DNA of 64,000 nt from Lophium mytilinum (lineage: Eukaryota). This document shows positions 51,229 through 64,000 of this stretch, in pieces (position 1 is the stretch's first letter; every line of letters starts with the position of its first letter). The notes under the pieces are model-generated. The model was not told the origin of the DNA. It ran no database searches and was given only the letters and a program-made list of their open reading frames with translations. The stretch lies in the NCBI GenBank assembly GCA_010093605.1, contig MU004181.1:3472001-3536000 (forward strand), read 5' to 3'. A program made the position numbers and the translations under genes.

Positions 51229-52377
51229 GGTTCCTGTTCTGGGTGTTGGGGATTATGCGGTCGGAGAGGCCGGTGGGAGCAGTCGTAGGAATACGGCGTG
51301 GGAGGCAATTCCCCGTCCAAGCTACGCAGAGTCAGAATCTCGAGTGAATAGAGGCACACGCAGAGCGCAAGATCGGGTTGGGCGTACGAAGTGACTGGGC
51401 GAGCTGGCAATGAGGCAGGAAGGCGGGAAATTCGAGGCGAGGGTGACGCGGCGGTAGGGTCGCGAGAGAGTGTAGTGGTAGGCGTCTACCCCAGCTTGAC
51501 GGGGTGTGGAAGGCGGGCAGGCGTTGGAGGGCGCGCTGGATGTTGGTTTTGCTGGCGATGATGCAAAGGGTTGGAGCGCTTCTTGAGGTCCAGCGTTGCG
51601 GGTTGTTGGTGTCGGGGCCAACAGCCACACAATGTGGCGGGGGCGTCTGGGCAGCCTTCCAGGTTCCAACTTCAGGTGCCAATCCATCACCATTCTTCTC
51701 TCGTCTCACATCACTTCAATCGTACTCAAAGCATCTAAACACCGACCTCGATCATTCGCGTCAAGCCCTTTTGCTCCTCGCTTCAAGTGACGCCTACATT
51801 GACCGACATCGGACAGGAAACAGCCTCCAGCGCTTTACGTTTTCGTCAGAGTCTAGTTCGAGACAGCTTCAAGTTTATCCAAAGATTATCCTGCTTTCAC
51901 ACATATCTGTGTACCTCTGTTGGGGGTTTTGCAGTGCTTCCGTACATCCTCGAAGATCTAAATAAAACATGTATCAAGCTGTCTCTAACTGACTAACCTC
52001 TTAGCTCTCTGAGCCACCCAAATACTCTCAAATATACTGATCGATCCTGCCCCTATGTACCAAGTCGTTCTTCAGCATCAGTCTCACGTGACTTTCTCAG
52101 CGATGGATATATCACATTGGCTATGTATTCGCTACTCCAGTCTCTTCCAACCTACCGGCTGCTTCTAGGCCACATTAGGATTATCGTCATCCATACCGAA
52201 CAGATCTGTCGTTAGAGCTAATACAGAGAATCCCGTCGTGTTCACGAATACTAGCCTGGTAGGTAAATTTCAATTGTGGCTATGATCTCCTCATATTCCC
52301 GTCTACAATCAATCTAATGGAGGGTTGAACCCCACAGTCCTGCACCTGGCACTTTACATCAGATATCAGTGCGTACC

Positions 52378-53278
52378 CTATTTCTCCTTCTCCACCGCCG
52401 CCTCATAAGCACTCACCCGACCATCCCTATTCGCCACAGCCCTCCAACCCTCAATATGCCCCGGCGTCTCCTCCACCAAAGTCGCCTTCGCAGGAATAGG
52501 TTCCCCCCACTGCGTCCAGCTCGGGACCACCCCCGTCCACACCCTCTTCCTCAACGCCTCATCCTTCGCATCATGCCTATCTTCGCTCGGGCCCCCATTC
52601 CGAATCTTCGCGCTCGCATGACTAATCTTCACCCGCAAGATAGTCGTGCTCGTCATCTCCGTCTTATTCGGCGGAACGCGGCAGTTAGCCCAGAGATTGG
52701 GGATCATGTTGTTCGTGATAAGCTCGAGGGCGTACAGCTTCTCAGCCTCGTCGGTCACGAGCGATGCGTAGCCGAAGACGACGGCGGAGCGGTAGTTGCA
52801 GCTATGGTGGTTGGGCGTGAGGGCGAGGACCAGGCCGTCCATGAAGGTGGCGGCGACGGTCACGGGGGTGCCTTGGTCGTCGCCGCCGGCGGACGGCTGC
52901 TTCATCAGACGTGAGCCGACGTAGCCGTGGATATAGAGGTCCTGCTCGCTGGCGGCTGGGTCGGCGTCTTGCGAGGCGAAGGAGCCGGTGACGCCTAGCA
53001 TGGGCAGCACGGCGGGGAATGGGTCGTCTGCTGCGATGGGATTGAAGGAGACGTGGACGACGGGGCAGGAATTGACGATGCTGTGGACATTCTTGTAGTC
53101 GTAGTTGCCTGAAAGGATGTCAATTGAATTCGAAAGAATAAAGCATTCAGTAACACGGGAACGAGTGAGAGTGTCAGATAAAATCGATGCTTCGTGCGAA
53201 AATAGCGGCATTACCTCTCTCTTTCCCCATTCGTTTCACGGTATTGACAGCGGTCTTTTCGTAGACTAGGGATGCCAT
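52378..53278 (-). CDS. Flavin-nucleotide-binding protein (pyridoxamine 5'-phosphate oxidase-like, NimA/Pyridox_ox_2)
   Basis: Exon 1 MASLVYEKTAVNTVKR...RG, intron, then HVSF, LYIHG, DGLVLALTPNHHSCNYRSAVVFG, SAKIRNGGP, VWTGVVP. Confidence 0.85.
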
Positions 53279-54015
53279 GTTGATGAGATGCTCGAACTAA
53301 GCTGCCTCAAACTTTACTTCTCTTCCCTAGAACAAAGGAGTATTTATATGCTCGTCAACTTGTCTGGTGGGGTTGGATTGTGACTCTTTCCTACAGTCCG
53401 ATCATGGACCTCTTTCTGATTACGGGCCGGCCTTTGAGAAAACGGCGATTGGAGGGAAGACTCGGGTGAACCTGCTAGTTGTGGCTTAGTCTATAGGAAT
53501 AGTATCGCACAGTATTGCCGTAGTCACTTCTAGGACTCTATTTAGTGCATCACCACCACTCTTGCAGGGAGGAGTCATGCACGTAAGCCAGGGCCTTATA
53601 CTCCTCTCCTGGGGTCTGCTCGAGGAGTACTATATACCTCCAATACACTTCAAGAGATTTTCCATTTTGCTTCTCCTAATAGAAGCTCCATGCGAAGGTT
53701 ACCTGTTTGGGAAGTACATACATACACTACCTTGTTATTAGGTTGTCTAGTATTGTATAGTTTCTGTTTGCAAGTTCTGCTAACCTTAGTATCTTGAAAG
53801 AGCTGTACAATGGTAGCATTTCGCCATTCTACCGTGAGATTTGCCATACTAGCTTGATATCTCCTCAAATTTACTCATAGTCTATCTCACTATCCAGCGT
53901 TTGAGTGAATTGACGGGCTCATCTCCGTCTTTACATCTGGGTCTACTATCTATGCTAAGAAGCACCGCTGTCTTTGCCCCCAGAGTTAACACAAGCCAGC
54001 TTCCGTAACCTCCAT

Positions 54016-55911
54016 CTACAAGAAAACCTCCAGGTTCAACTCTAGCGTACTAACCGGGTATCCGAGTTCGAACTTTTGCAGGACAGACGGATGCAAGATG
54101 CCAAAGGAGCCGATGACGCGCTCCTTGCCATCAAGCCGTAGAATCACCTTTGCAGCGTGGCCGGGCAGGTACGTAGCATCTGGCACAACATCATTAGCAT
54201 GGCTACTGGAACCCCAAAGAAAAGAGTAACGTTACCTTCGATCTCCTCAATCCAGTATCCTTCCAGCTTATCGTTCTTCAGTCCATCTTCTCTCGTGATG
54301 AACGCTGATTGCAGCATCATCATGATGCGATCCAACAAGCCATGCACAACCTCGAATCCAGACGACTTGCCCAAGTAAGCGGCCGCAAAATGCCTCTCAT
54401 TCCTGCTCTTCCTCTCTTGTTTCAGGTCCTTGAAGCCGACATCGCTAACCTCGAAGATCTTTAGAGGCACGCTACGATGCTTGTTCGAGTTGAGAGTCTT
54501 AAGTAGGCCGGGTAGAAGTGACGTCCGCACGATTTGGTATTCCGCCGTCTTGGGGTTCTGCAGCCTGATCGCGGTGGTTCCGTCGTCTTTGCGGTTCAAC
54601 CACGCGAAGTTTTCGTCGTGTGAGCAGAGAATCAGCGGCATGACTTCTGAAAAGCCGGCCATAGCTCCCTCAAGCCTCACAATGTCACTGAGCTTGTTGA
54701 TAGGAAGTGGAGCGGCCACAGATGCGGTCTTGTTAGGGTAGAAGCGGGGGAGCTTGTTGAAGCCGTATGCAATAGCCAGATCTTCCATAATGTCTGCTTG
54801 ATGCAGGACATCAGCTCGAGTGATTGGAACACTGATGCTGAGGAGTGAGTCATCTGTCGGGTTCGGTTTTGCGTCGTATCCCATGCGTTGAAGTAGATGT
54901 GATATTTCAGAAGGGCTAAGATCAAGTCCAGTAACCTGGTTGAGGTAGGGAACTTCGGCTTGCATTTCTCGTGGAGTCAAATCTGGCTCCTCCCGAGACT
55001 CCTGGTTATGCGGTGACACGATCTTCAAGGGTTCTACAGCTTCCGCGTACCCTGCGAACATGGCGACTAGCATGTGGCAGACGATTTCAACTTTCGTCTT
55101 GTCGGTTGCGGTGATTTCTATCAGGACATTTTTCGTGTCGAGGGTGATCTTGGAGTGGTCGCCATTGATGATGGGCGGGAGGGAAAGGACAGTTCGATTC
55201 GCGTCATATAACACGGGATAGACCGGACTGTCTCGTATTATGTGAAGGTAACGGCCGAGGTGCTTGTCTTTCTCATAGAAATCCATCATCTGCTTCGCGT
55301 TCATCTTTTTCGTCTGGTTTAGCGGGGTGAACTCAATCTCCTCTGGCGGCAACGCCTCGTAGCTGAAGGGTCCTTGAATGGTATCAAGATCATGTGTTCC
55401 GATGGAGACCAATGTCCGCTGTCGAGCTAGATTCTGATGTAGCTTGTCCTGGAGCGCAATGAAGCTATCATATCTCGCCTGTGTGAACTTGATGTTCCGT
55501 AGTATACATCCCGCAATTAGGGGCCGGATCTTCGAGGTCTAGTTTCACATCAGCACCTTGACCCGAAGACCAATCGTTCCCAGTTATGCCACTCACAGAC
55601 TCGTCCACATTCAACACTTGTAGCTCCCCACCAGACGGTGGGGTCAGCGAGAACTTCGGTAGTCTCTCCTTCTCTAGGTACACTCTCAAGTTCATCGCAA
55701 TGCCTTCGAAGCACAGCATGTCGTATCTGTTCGCAGGAATCTCGATCTTCAACTGCGGCGGCTGCGCCAGATCCTCCGCCTTCTTACTCGTGCTTGTGTC
55801 CTCATCTAGCTCAATCCCAAACTCGAAGCATAGCTCGTCGAATTCCTGGGTGGTATATTGTTTTCCCAAAGCCTCGTACAGCGCCGCCTTGTCAACGGCG
55901 ATCGTAGGCAT
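54016..55911 (-). CDS. FRS1: Cytoplasmic phenylalanyl-tRNA synthetase beta subunit
   Basis: [58 protein letters not shown]; two introns. Confidence 0.96.
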
Positions 55912-56529
55912 GGCTGCGGTGAGCCCTGAAAGAGGGCAAGCAGTCGGAGAGTATTGCGGGACGCGAAAGACTCAAGTTGTGCAGGTAGAGAGGCCCAATT
56001 GTAGAGTAGGAAACAATTCCTCGTCCTGGCGTTCGTAGTGGGGTAGTTCGATCGTGTGGAGGGTCGTTGGTGGTACTTTCGGGGTCGAAAAATCGATATT
56101 TTGGGACTAGAAGGTGAACGGAAGTTTCAGTAGGTCAATGCGATCAAATTTTGGGCGTGGCTCCCTCGAGAGGCAGCTTGGGGGTTGGAGCTGCGGTATG
56201 ACTGTCCCGTCTCGAAAATCCACGTCGGAGAATCGATCTCGCGGTCCGTGCAGCCGCATTAGAGCGGTTTGGCGACCGAGAGATGCTCAGGGTCGCACTT
56301 CTATCATTATCTATATAAATCAAAGCAATCTAGATGTATGCAATATCAGAGTAATATAGATCCTTTTTGTAAGGCGGATATGTTCTTCCTCTTCATATCG
56401 TGCAAACTGTACAGGCCTAAAAGTAATGCATTCATTGCTCGGCTTCGAAAGTATAATTATCTTGGTTTGCCTTCATACTTGACATCTAACATTCATACTG
56501 TAGATCTCAAAGAGGAGAACGCCGTCTAC

Positions 56530-58014
56530 CTAGGCAGGCATCAAACTAAACAGTCGACTCTCCCCTTCGTCCAGTATCGCACTCAAACCTCCACTAACGC
56601 TCCCCAGATCCTCCTTCTGCCAAACGTTCCTCACGTTGTATGTTCCAGTCAGGCCCAGATCCTCATAGGAGGCCGTCACATTTTGAGTCCCACTGTCACT
56701 CGTACCGAACCCGCCCTGGCCCTGATCAGGCCCGTAATTGACCAACACAACGACCGCTTCGCCAGTACTCGCATCAGGCCCACCAACCCAAGCCTGTAGC
56801 TGCTTTGCGTCCAAGCCACCAGTTCCAGGGTTCCTAGGCTGCATGGGGAACTTTGCTGCGAAAGCCGCTACTCCCAGCGCATCGGGGTCTGTGAGCAGCT
56901 TACGACCTAGATAATCTAAGTTCGTGAGGTCAGAGCCAACAATGAGGTTTGCAGCGGCACCGAACCAGTGCGTCGCAATTGTCTGCCTCTGTACATCAGA
57001 CACACCGCTGATGCTTGCAGCATTGCCGATCAGCAAGTTATCCATGTCCGGGTAGATGGTCAGTGTATCGCTGTCGCCTTTGACGACGCTAGCTATGAAA
57101 TCGCGGTAATTGTCAATGGCTCTTTGAACGGTGACCCACTTGACAAAGATCGACGATCCGCTTTCGTTAACGTCCTGATCTGTACGCATGCTGTCGGCGT
57201 TGCTTGCCCAGATCGGAAAATACTCGCTACTCCGATCCAATTTCCAGGATATGTCGAGGCGTATTTCGCGGCCAGAATTCTGGATCGCCTTGTGGAAAGC
57301 TATTACTGAGCCGCTGTTGTCAGCTGGGAGGTTTCCACCGTTGTCTGGAGATCCTGGAGTGATGTAGTCCAGCTTGATGAGATCGACGCCCCTGTTGCGT
57401 GTTAGTAGATGATATGAGAACGAAAGGCTAATTCTAACTAGGAAAACTTACCACTCAGCAAACAGTTTGACAACAGAATTGTGCCACTGCTGCACCCCAT
57501 CTTTCGCGAAATCAAAGTCGCACCGAGCGAATCCGTTATTGTTTCCACTCATAGTATCGTTGATCTTGATGCTCGTTCCCTCGATAGTCTTGTCCGCGTC
57601 GTTGCAAAACGCCCCTGGAAGCACGTAAACGCCAACTTTCAGTCCCTTACTGTGAAGGTGGTCCGCCAGCGCCGGTAAGTCGAACTTATCGGGGTCGTCA
57701 GTGATACGCCCATAGTCATCGCCGTGATCGCCGACGCTCCAGCCAGAGTCTAGGGAGCAGTATTCGTAACCTGCACCAAGAACGGCTAGTTCATCACATT
57801 GCGTAATGACCCCGGCTTGGTCGAAAGAAAAAGATGCAGTTATGGATGGATTCGCTTGGATAGGGAAGGAGTTCCATCCTCGTGGAGGAGAGGTGAACCC
57901 ATTTGGTGTCAACTCGGTTCTGATGACTTTAAGTGGAGTGGCGGCGTGGCTGAGGGATGGAAGGAGAGTTATTGGAATAGCAAGGAGCCTAAGGTTGTGA
58001 AGGGCATAGAACAT
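56530..58014 (-). CDS. Secreted GH27 alpha-galactosidase-like glycoside hydrolase
   Basis: Signal-peptide-like N-terminus, PPRGWNSF, SLDSGW, W/GVDLIKLDYI (nucleophile region), MRTDQD, YPDMDNL; one intron. Confidence 0.88.
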
Positions 58015-59004
58015 CTCTCAGAAACGGTGTATGGGAATCTAAGGAAGTAAGAAGTGGGGAAGAAAAGGCGTTGGTGATTCTTGAAGAGAACTAACAGGAT
58101 CAGTTACCTTCAAGTAGCAAGGTCGCTGTGAAGCCGCGGGTAGTGTCAGGATTTAGCAAGCACAGCTGGCGCCATCAAGGGTCGCACACGTCTAAATTAT
58201 GACTAGATACTACGAGGGATTATAATGTTATACAAGATTGTAAGCAAGAGTATACGGTTGAGGCTGACGAGATCGTCAGGTAGTACTTTGTTACTATCGG
58301 GAGAGGCTGAGCACGTTAGGCAGAATGTAATTGATTCTAATCAGACATTATACCGTGGCCCTCATGCTTGCGTCATGTCAGTGTGCTTAGTATTTTTAGT
58401 GGCTCGCGGCTCTTGCTGCTTCAAGAAGCTAGAGAATGGCACCACCTACCATGTCCGACATTGACTACTTACTGAGGTACGAGGCATTTCTAAGCGTTTC
58501 AGACTCAGAGCACAAAAGGTAGAGCTCTACGAAGCATGGCTGAGTTAAGCCTCGTCATACCCCGCACTCTCCGCCGTTCTCGTATAAGTGATCATGCTGA
58601 ATATACTTTAACCCGTTCGAGGAGCTCTGTCATGGGTATCATCGATCCCGTAAGCATTAAGATTTTACAGTGCCTCGCACTGGTCCGTATATGTACAATT
58701 GTCTGCCACTTCTCAAGGCTATACCCCAGTTGGGACGTTGCACTGCCTCTGAAGCTTCAGTGGAGTTATCGAGATCCTAAAGCAGGTCAGATCAATACGT
58801 ATGCGAACTCGTACTCATTTGCTCCGACCCACCTCTGGTCAATCGTCGACGTCGCGACTAGACCCATCTACCGTTAAGAGGGTACTATGATTCGCGTCAA
58901 CACAGCAAACCGCTTGCAAAGCTTCTATGTCAGCCTCGAGCAGTCTTCAGCCGCTTAGGATATCTGGCGAGCCCCACTTTCAAGACCGTTTCCAGCCTGC
59001 TCGA

Positions 59005-60969
59005 TCAATTCAGGGAATCAAGCCAAAACTCCGCATTCGACCACGTATCCAGGTAGGTATAGTCTCCTTCTAGAGACAACTGCTGGCCCATTGCGGGCAT
59101 ATCTGCCGAGATGGCTGTCCCAAGCGATTGCTGCGGCTGCTGATCCTGCATTGCCGACTTATCAATAGAAGTCCGAAACGACGCTTTGATAGTCTCCCAC
59201 TGGTCTAGCAGCCTCGCAAAATAGTGAGGTTCTCCCTGCGGCGTGTTCGTCCACTGCAGAATTGCTCGAGTACGAGAGCAGAGCTGATCTAACGAGCTCT
59301 CGTACTTGATCATTCGGGACACAGAGTCTTCGGTGAAGGTGTTCGAATAGAGAACGTGCGTGATGCGGCTCCCGAGCTTGACGATGTAGTCCAGCTGCCT
59401 CCACTTCAGCGCAGTCCATAGACTCATGTCACTGGTAGTGAGGGACATGATAGTAGTCATATATCTGCGCACGGCGGTTAAGCAGTCAAAGAGGATGGCG
59501 ACTCGAGTCATTGAGATAGGTTGACCTTGTAGGCTCCCGTAGAGCCCGACTTCGTGAGTGTAGGCATCTATGAGGTTGTGCCAGACGCCTAGTTCATCTG
59601 TTTTCTAGTCAGCTCTATAAAGTTCGTTTTCTTGAGGTTGAGATGTTGCTAACAATGATCCTTTAGTTCGGGGGGTAATTTAGACTTCCAGCCCTTAAGT
59701 TGCCGCTCGATAGCATCAACCAGGAGCTTTATCTTCTCGTCGTTCGTCGTATCTCCGGTACCCCAGTCCCCATGGTGGAGATTGTCATACACTTGCTCGT
59801 TGATATGCATTAGCCGAACGAAGTGGACCAGAACCTTATCAGAGGGATACGTTGATTCTTCCGCCAGTGAGACGGCGCATTGCTCTAACCACTCGGTATA
59901 TTGTAAGGGATTTGCTTTGCGAAAAAGGACAGCAGATCTGCAAGGGTTAGCCAGTTCTCGTACGTAGAAAATCCCTAGCTTAGTTACATACAGAGTGCAA
60001 GCAAGGTATGTTCCGATGAGTGCGCGTTGTGCCTCGCGCTTCCAGAACTCCGACAACCCGCCAGATATCGACGATTGGGTCACACCAACGATAGCATCAT
60101 GTTGACTCGAGCATTGAGGCTTTTTATGCAAACCGAGCTCAATCACAAGGTTTGCTGCCAATGACGCTAGCCTGAAACCCTGCTGGGAGGGCTGAGGTGT
60201 GAAGAAATGGTACCTTTGTTCATTCAGATGATGTCGATTGCAGTGTTTGGGCAAGCTTACCAGCTCAGGTACACCAAAAGACCTTGAATAAGGTCCATGG
60301 ACTTTTCGCCCTTAACAAAGAACCGCTCACCCATGTCCTTCAGAAATTCCTGTTCCAGCCTAGTTTGGTCCGTCCGGTGCCTCCAGCGCGTCACAACAAT
60401 AATGGCCAGCAGAAGGAACGGCCTCTCTTGACGAAAGCTTCGAACATCTACCGGATCTGCAATCTGTACACATGCAAAGCTTCCTCCTATAGAGCGGTAG
60501 TAGGCTAACGACTCGAGGAGCAGTTCCTGGGAAACGGAATGGATGGATTCACGTGACGTGTCATCGGAAGTTTCCGACGACTGTGATGCCGCAACAGAGA
60601 GACGTGCCGACGAGATTGGAGTCGGGTGCGATATGCCTGGAGTGTCCTGAGCAGCAACTCCTGGTGTTGCTGTTGCGAGAATTCCCATGATGCTGGTTAG
60701 GCTCTGCTCGAGCTGATCCATCCTATTGCGTATGTGCCGGGTTTGGCGCTTGGGACGGCGGGACTCTGGTATAAAACATTCGGTATTGTATTGATAGCAT
60801 CTAGCTCCCCGGTCAGTGGCCTAGTAGGCGAAAATCGATCAGTTCGTCCGCACCTTTGGCAAACATTGCTGCCCTCTCTCGGCAGACAGCGGATCTTCTT
60901 GGACTTGCATTCTGCGCATGCTTGGCCCCGACGTTCTCTAGTACGGGTTACGCTTCGCTCTTCCGACAT
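59005..60969 (-). CDS. Zn(II)2Cys6 fungal transcription factor
   Basis: Spliced ACAECKSKKIRCLPREGSNVCQR/CYQYNTEC; middle-homology region with ERPFLLLAI, KSMDLIQGLLVYLSW, LVIELGLHK. Confidence 0.9.
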
Positions 60970-61533
60970 GTTGGCTGCAGAGCATGTTCGAGTTGGTAAT
61001 GTGTATGGTTTAAACATGCCGTGGAATATCGCATCATTTCTTGGGACCCGGAAGACGGCCAAAAACCGGCGCCGGAAAGGCAGATCTAGCCGTCGACGCC
61101 ACCTTGACGATATAGAGGCTAGGGGCTGACCATTCACAGTGCAACACTGTTGGCTTCGCGCACGTGACGGGCGTATTTCAGGTTCCGATTTCCGAGATTT
61201 TCATAAAGCTTCATGCAACACTTGCTTAAAAATGAATAAACGCGGGGTCACACCCGCTCATTGGGGTTATGTCTGGCTGTGTGGCTGTGGCTAAGGTAGC
61301 CAGGTCGCTGGATCTGTCAATGATAGCTACCGTGGATATGGGCTCGCTCATAAAGCCTTCTTGTCTCCGCGGTTCGTTTCTTCGCGTCTGACCACCTTCA
61401 ACTTGTCCCAGGTCGTTTCGTGGCCAATCTGTCTCCTCTTCTCCTGCTTCGAGGTCTGGGGTCCCAATACTGTTTCCTATAGATACAACCCTTCATTTTC
61501 TCTTTAATACGTGTGATTCCCCGATCGACCCAC

Positions 61534-63522
61534 ATGTCTCCGTCTAAAGCCGAGAACGCCAGCCTTCGCATCCGCGAAGGTTCCTTTCAAGCCACCGAGA
61601 CGGGGTCGAACTCAGATGCCGACAGCATAAGGAATGAAGAACCTGGAAATGAATATGAGGTAGAAAAGAAAGACTACGCCGATGCAATTGAGGAAGCCGA
61701 TGACGGTGAACGCACGCCCTCAAAGCCGTTGTCGTCGTACACCTTGAAGACATACCCATGGCGACCGCACGCCACCGATTTCCAAGCCCTCGTGGACTAC
61801 AGCTACAAAGGAAGCGGTACTACAGAAGACCCGTACATTGTTACTTGGCTCAATGACGACCCGGAAAACCCCAAGCAGTGGAGCCCAGTTCGGCAGTGGA
61901 CAATCCTCATCCTGGTGGCCTTCCTCTCCCTCTGTGTTTCCCTGGCGTCGTCCACGTATACTGGAGCATTGGCTCAGGTGATGGAAGAGTTTCATTGCAG
62001 TGAAGAAGTTGCCCTTCTTGGCCTCTCGCTGATGATGATTGGCTACGCATTCGGACCACTTATCTGGGCGCCCCTGTCGGAAACCTGGGGACGCAGGGTC
62101 GTTCTCTTCCCGACTTTCGCCTTGTACGTATTCTGGAGTTCTGTGTGTGTAGCCTCACAGAACATCGAGACGCTACTGATCTTCCGGATGTTTGCTGGTC
62201 TCTTTGGCGCTAGCACCATGGTCATTCCTGGCGGGATTGTAGCAGACGTCTTCCCAGCGGAGACTCGTGGGGCTGCCCTCGTCTTGTTTACTGCTACTCC
62301 GTTCTTGGGCCCATCTTTGGGTCCAATCGTGGGTGGCTTTCTTGCTGAGAGCGGCGGGTGGAGATGGGTGCTGGCGCTCCTGGCTATTTTTGCAGCAGTC
62401 ATTACCGTCATCGGTTTCATCTTCATTCCGGAAACTTTTGCCCCGGTGTTGCTGAGGGCTCGAGCGAAGAGGTTGTCTGAGGTTTCTGGGAATGTCTATC
62501 TCACAGCCATGGATGCAGAGCGTGTCGTAAGCGTCGGACAGGTCCTTCGAACCGCGCTGGTGCGACCTTGGGTCCTGCTGTTCCGAGAACCCATCGTGAT
62601 GATTCTGACCGTGAGTCTGCACCTGAGCACTGTTCTGTCATGTCTGGCGAATACTAAACTCAAATGTGGTTTGAATAGATATATATGTCGGTCATTTACG
62701 GAACGCTTTATCTATTGTTCGCAGCCTACCCCATCGTGTTCCAACAAGGCCGCGGCTGGAGTGAAGGCATCGGCGGTCTCGCCTTCTTAGGAGTCTTTGG
62801 AGGAATGATGATAGGTGTCGCTATTGGTTATTGGGACAACGAACGATACAAGAAGTTGCATGCTCTCCATGGAGGATTCGCACCTCCAGAGACGCGTCTC
62901 CCACCAGTCATCTACGGTGGAATCGCGATTATAGTGGGTATTACTTGGTTCGCAGCCACCAATGCGCCAAATATCCACTGGGCGTCGAGTGTTTGCGCTG
63001 GAATCCCATTTGGACTAGGATTTGTCTTAGTCGTCGTGTGTAACACGAATTATCTGTAAGGAACCCCCGCACCAACCCCGAGGAAATGCTGATGTGAAGT
63101 AGGATCGACTCTTATGTAATATACGCTGCCTCAGTGTTAGCGGCAAATAGTGTGATAAGGTCTCTATTCGGCTGTGTCTTTCCATTGTTTGGAAAGACTA
63201 TGTTTGAGGTATGTCAGACCGAGTGACGTACAAAACACTGCTTCTAGGCTCTCACCTGCTGACTCGAGCGTAGAACCTTGGTATACACTGGGGGTCTGCC
63301 GTACCCGGCTTCATCGCTCTTGCTTGTTTCCCTTTCCCGATCCTCTTCTACCTCTACGGGGCCAAGATTCGAGCCAAATGCAAGTATGCAGCCGAGGCAG
63401 CAAGAGTGCTGGACCAGATGAAATCGAACCTCGAGCGCCAGCGTACAAGAGAGACAGCCGAGAGGAGGGTATCGGTTGCATTAAGCTTTTCTGGGGAGCC
63501 AGAGAACAAGAAAGGCCCTTGA
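61534..63522 (+). CDS. MFS drug:H+ antiporter (DHA1 family)
   Basis: [57 protein letters not shown]; three introns. Confidence 0.93.
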
Positions 63523-64000
63523 GCTTATTTGAAGTGGATACCTTAGAAGTTTGTATGAGGACTGATCGTATTAGAACTAGAATAGACAAAGTAGATGTTC
63601 CTGGTGCGGGATTGGTGCGAGAGTGTGATATATAGTCACCCATATCAATAGAACTTGGTTCTTGTGAGGGACGAGGCCGAAGAATTGAGAGTTACTTGTT
63701 GAAAAGACGTGACATGAGAAGAAGAAGCCTCGCGACGTAGACAACGCCCGGCCTAAAGAAATGCGACCCTCGACCGTGGTTTTGGATGATCTCTCAGCTA
63801 TTCCTGAGAAGAGCATGGCAGCTCTATTCCGCAAAGTTGAAGTAAGGAAAGCGGAGCTAGGAGGCATGAAAGTAGGAAGATCACACGCATGCGACAGTCT
63901 CTCGAAGTTGTTTGTTCGTTTAGTCTGGTTCTCTACAATGACTGGAGCACTTTGAGTAGGGACAGGTTAGCGGGTAATAGCCCGTGTTCCAGATATTGCG

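Noticed and set aside
60697..61137. Zn2Cys6 domain apparently lacking its sixth Cys in the ORF track
   Set aside because: A GT...AG intron after 'CQR' (with CTGAC branch site) restores CYQYNTEC and joins the next ORF, so the domain is normal.
63577..63955. Short ORFs at the right edge
   Set aside because: No recognisable motif or gene structure within the window.
11150..64000. tRNA, rRNA or snoRNA genes
   Set aside because: A few GTTCGA-like words were seen but no cloverleaf or box C/D structure that I could support by eye; tRNAscan-SE/Infernal would be needed to exclude them.

Overview
Genomic DNA from a filamentous ascomycete (short GT-AG introns with CTRAC branch sites, RIP signatures; Dothideomycetes is my guess, not proven). 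Positions 1 to ~11.1 kb are an AT-rich, heavily RIP-mutated block. It holds a full-length Gypsy/chromovirus LTR retrotransposon (960-8635, two 731-bp LTRs, GCTAC target-site duplication) inserted into the gag of an oppositely oriented Gypsy element. From ~11.15 kb onward the DNA is GC-balanced and gene-dense, with about 20 mostly intron-containing genes: ARP2, an LRR/RVxF Mhp1/Gip3-like protein, the glutamate-cysteine ligase modifier subunit, AP-1 sigma, MAF1, a copper-fist TF, NNT1/EFM7, rhodanese, a BRCT protein, the STE2 pheromone receptor, a VCX1-like exchanger, an LMBR1 protein, glutaredoxin, PP2A-A (TPD3), a flavin-binding protein, PheRS beta (FRS1), a GH27 alpha-galactosidase, and a divergent Zn2Cys6 TF/MFS pair. 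The most interesting signal lies in the RIP-mutated DNA, where the ORF track shows nothing. The inner retrotransposon carries an antisense third ORF whose de-RIPed reading gives an exact Zn2Cys6-spaced cysteine cluster plus a coiled coil. The element also has an 11-nt self-priming-type PBS and a -1 frameshift site. All 'de-RIPed' readings are my manual reversal of C>T/G>A transitions and are inference; protein family calls come from motif recognition, with no database search.
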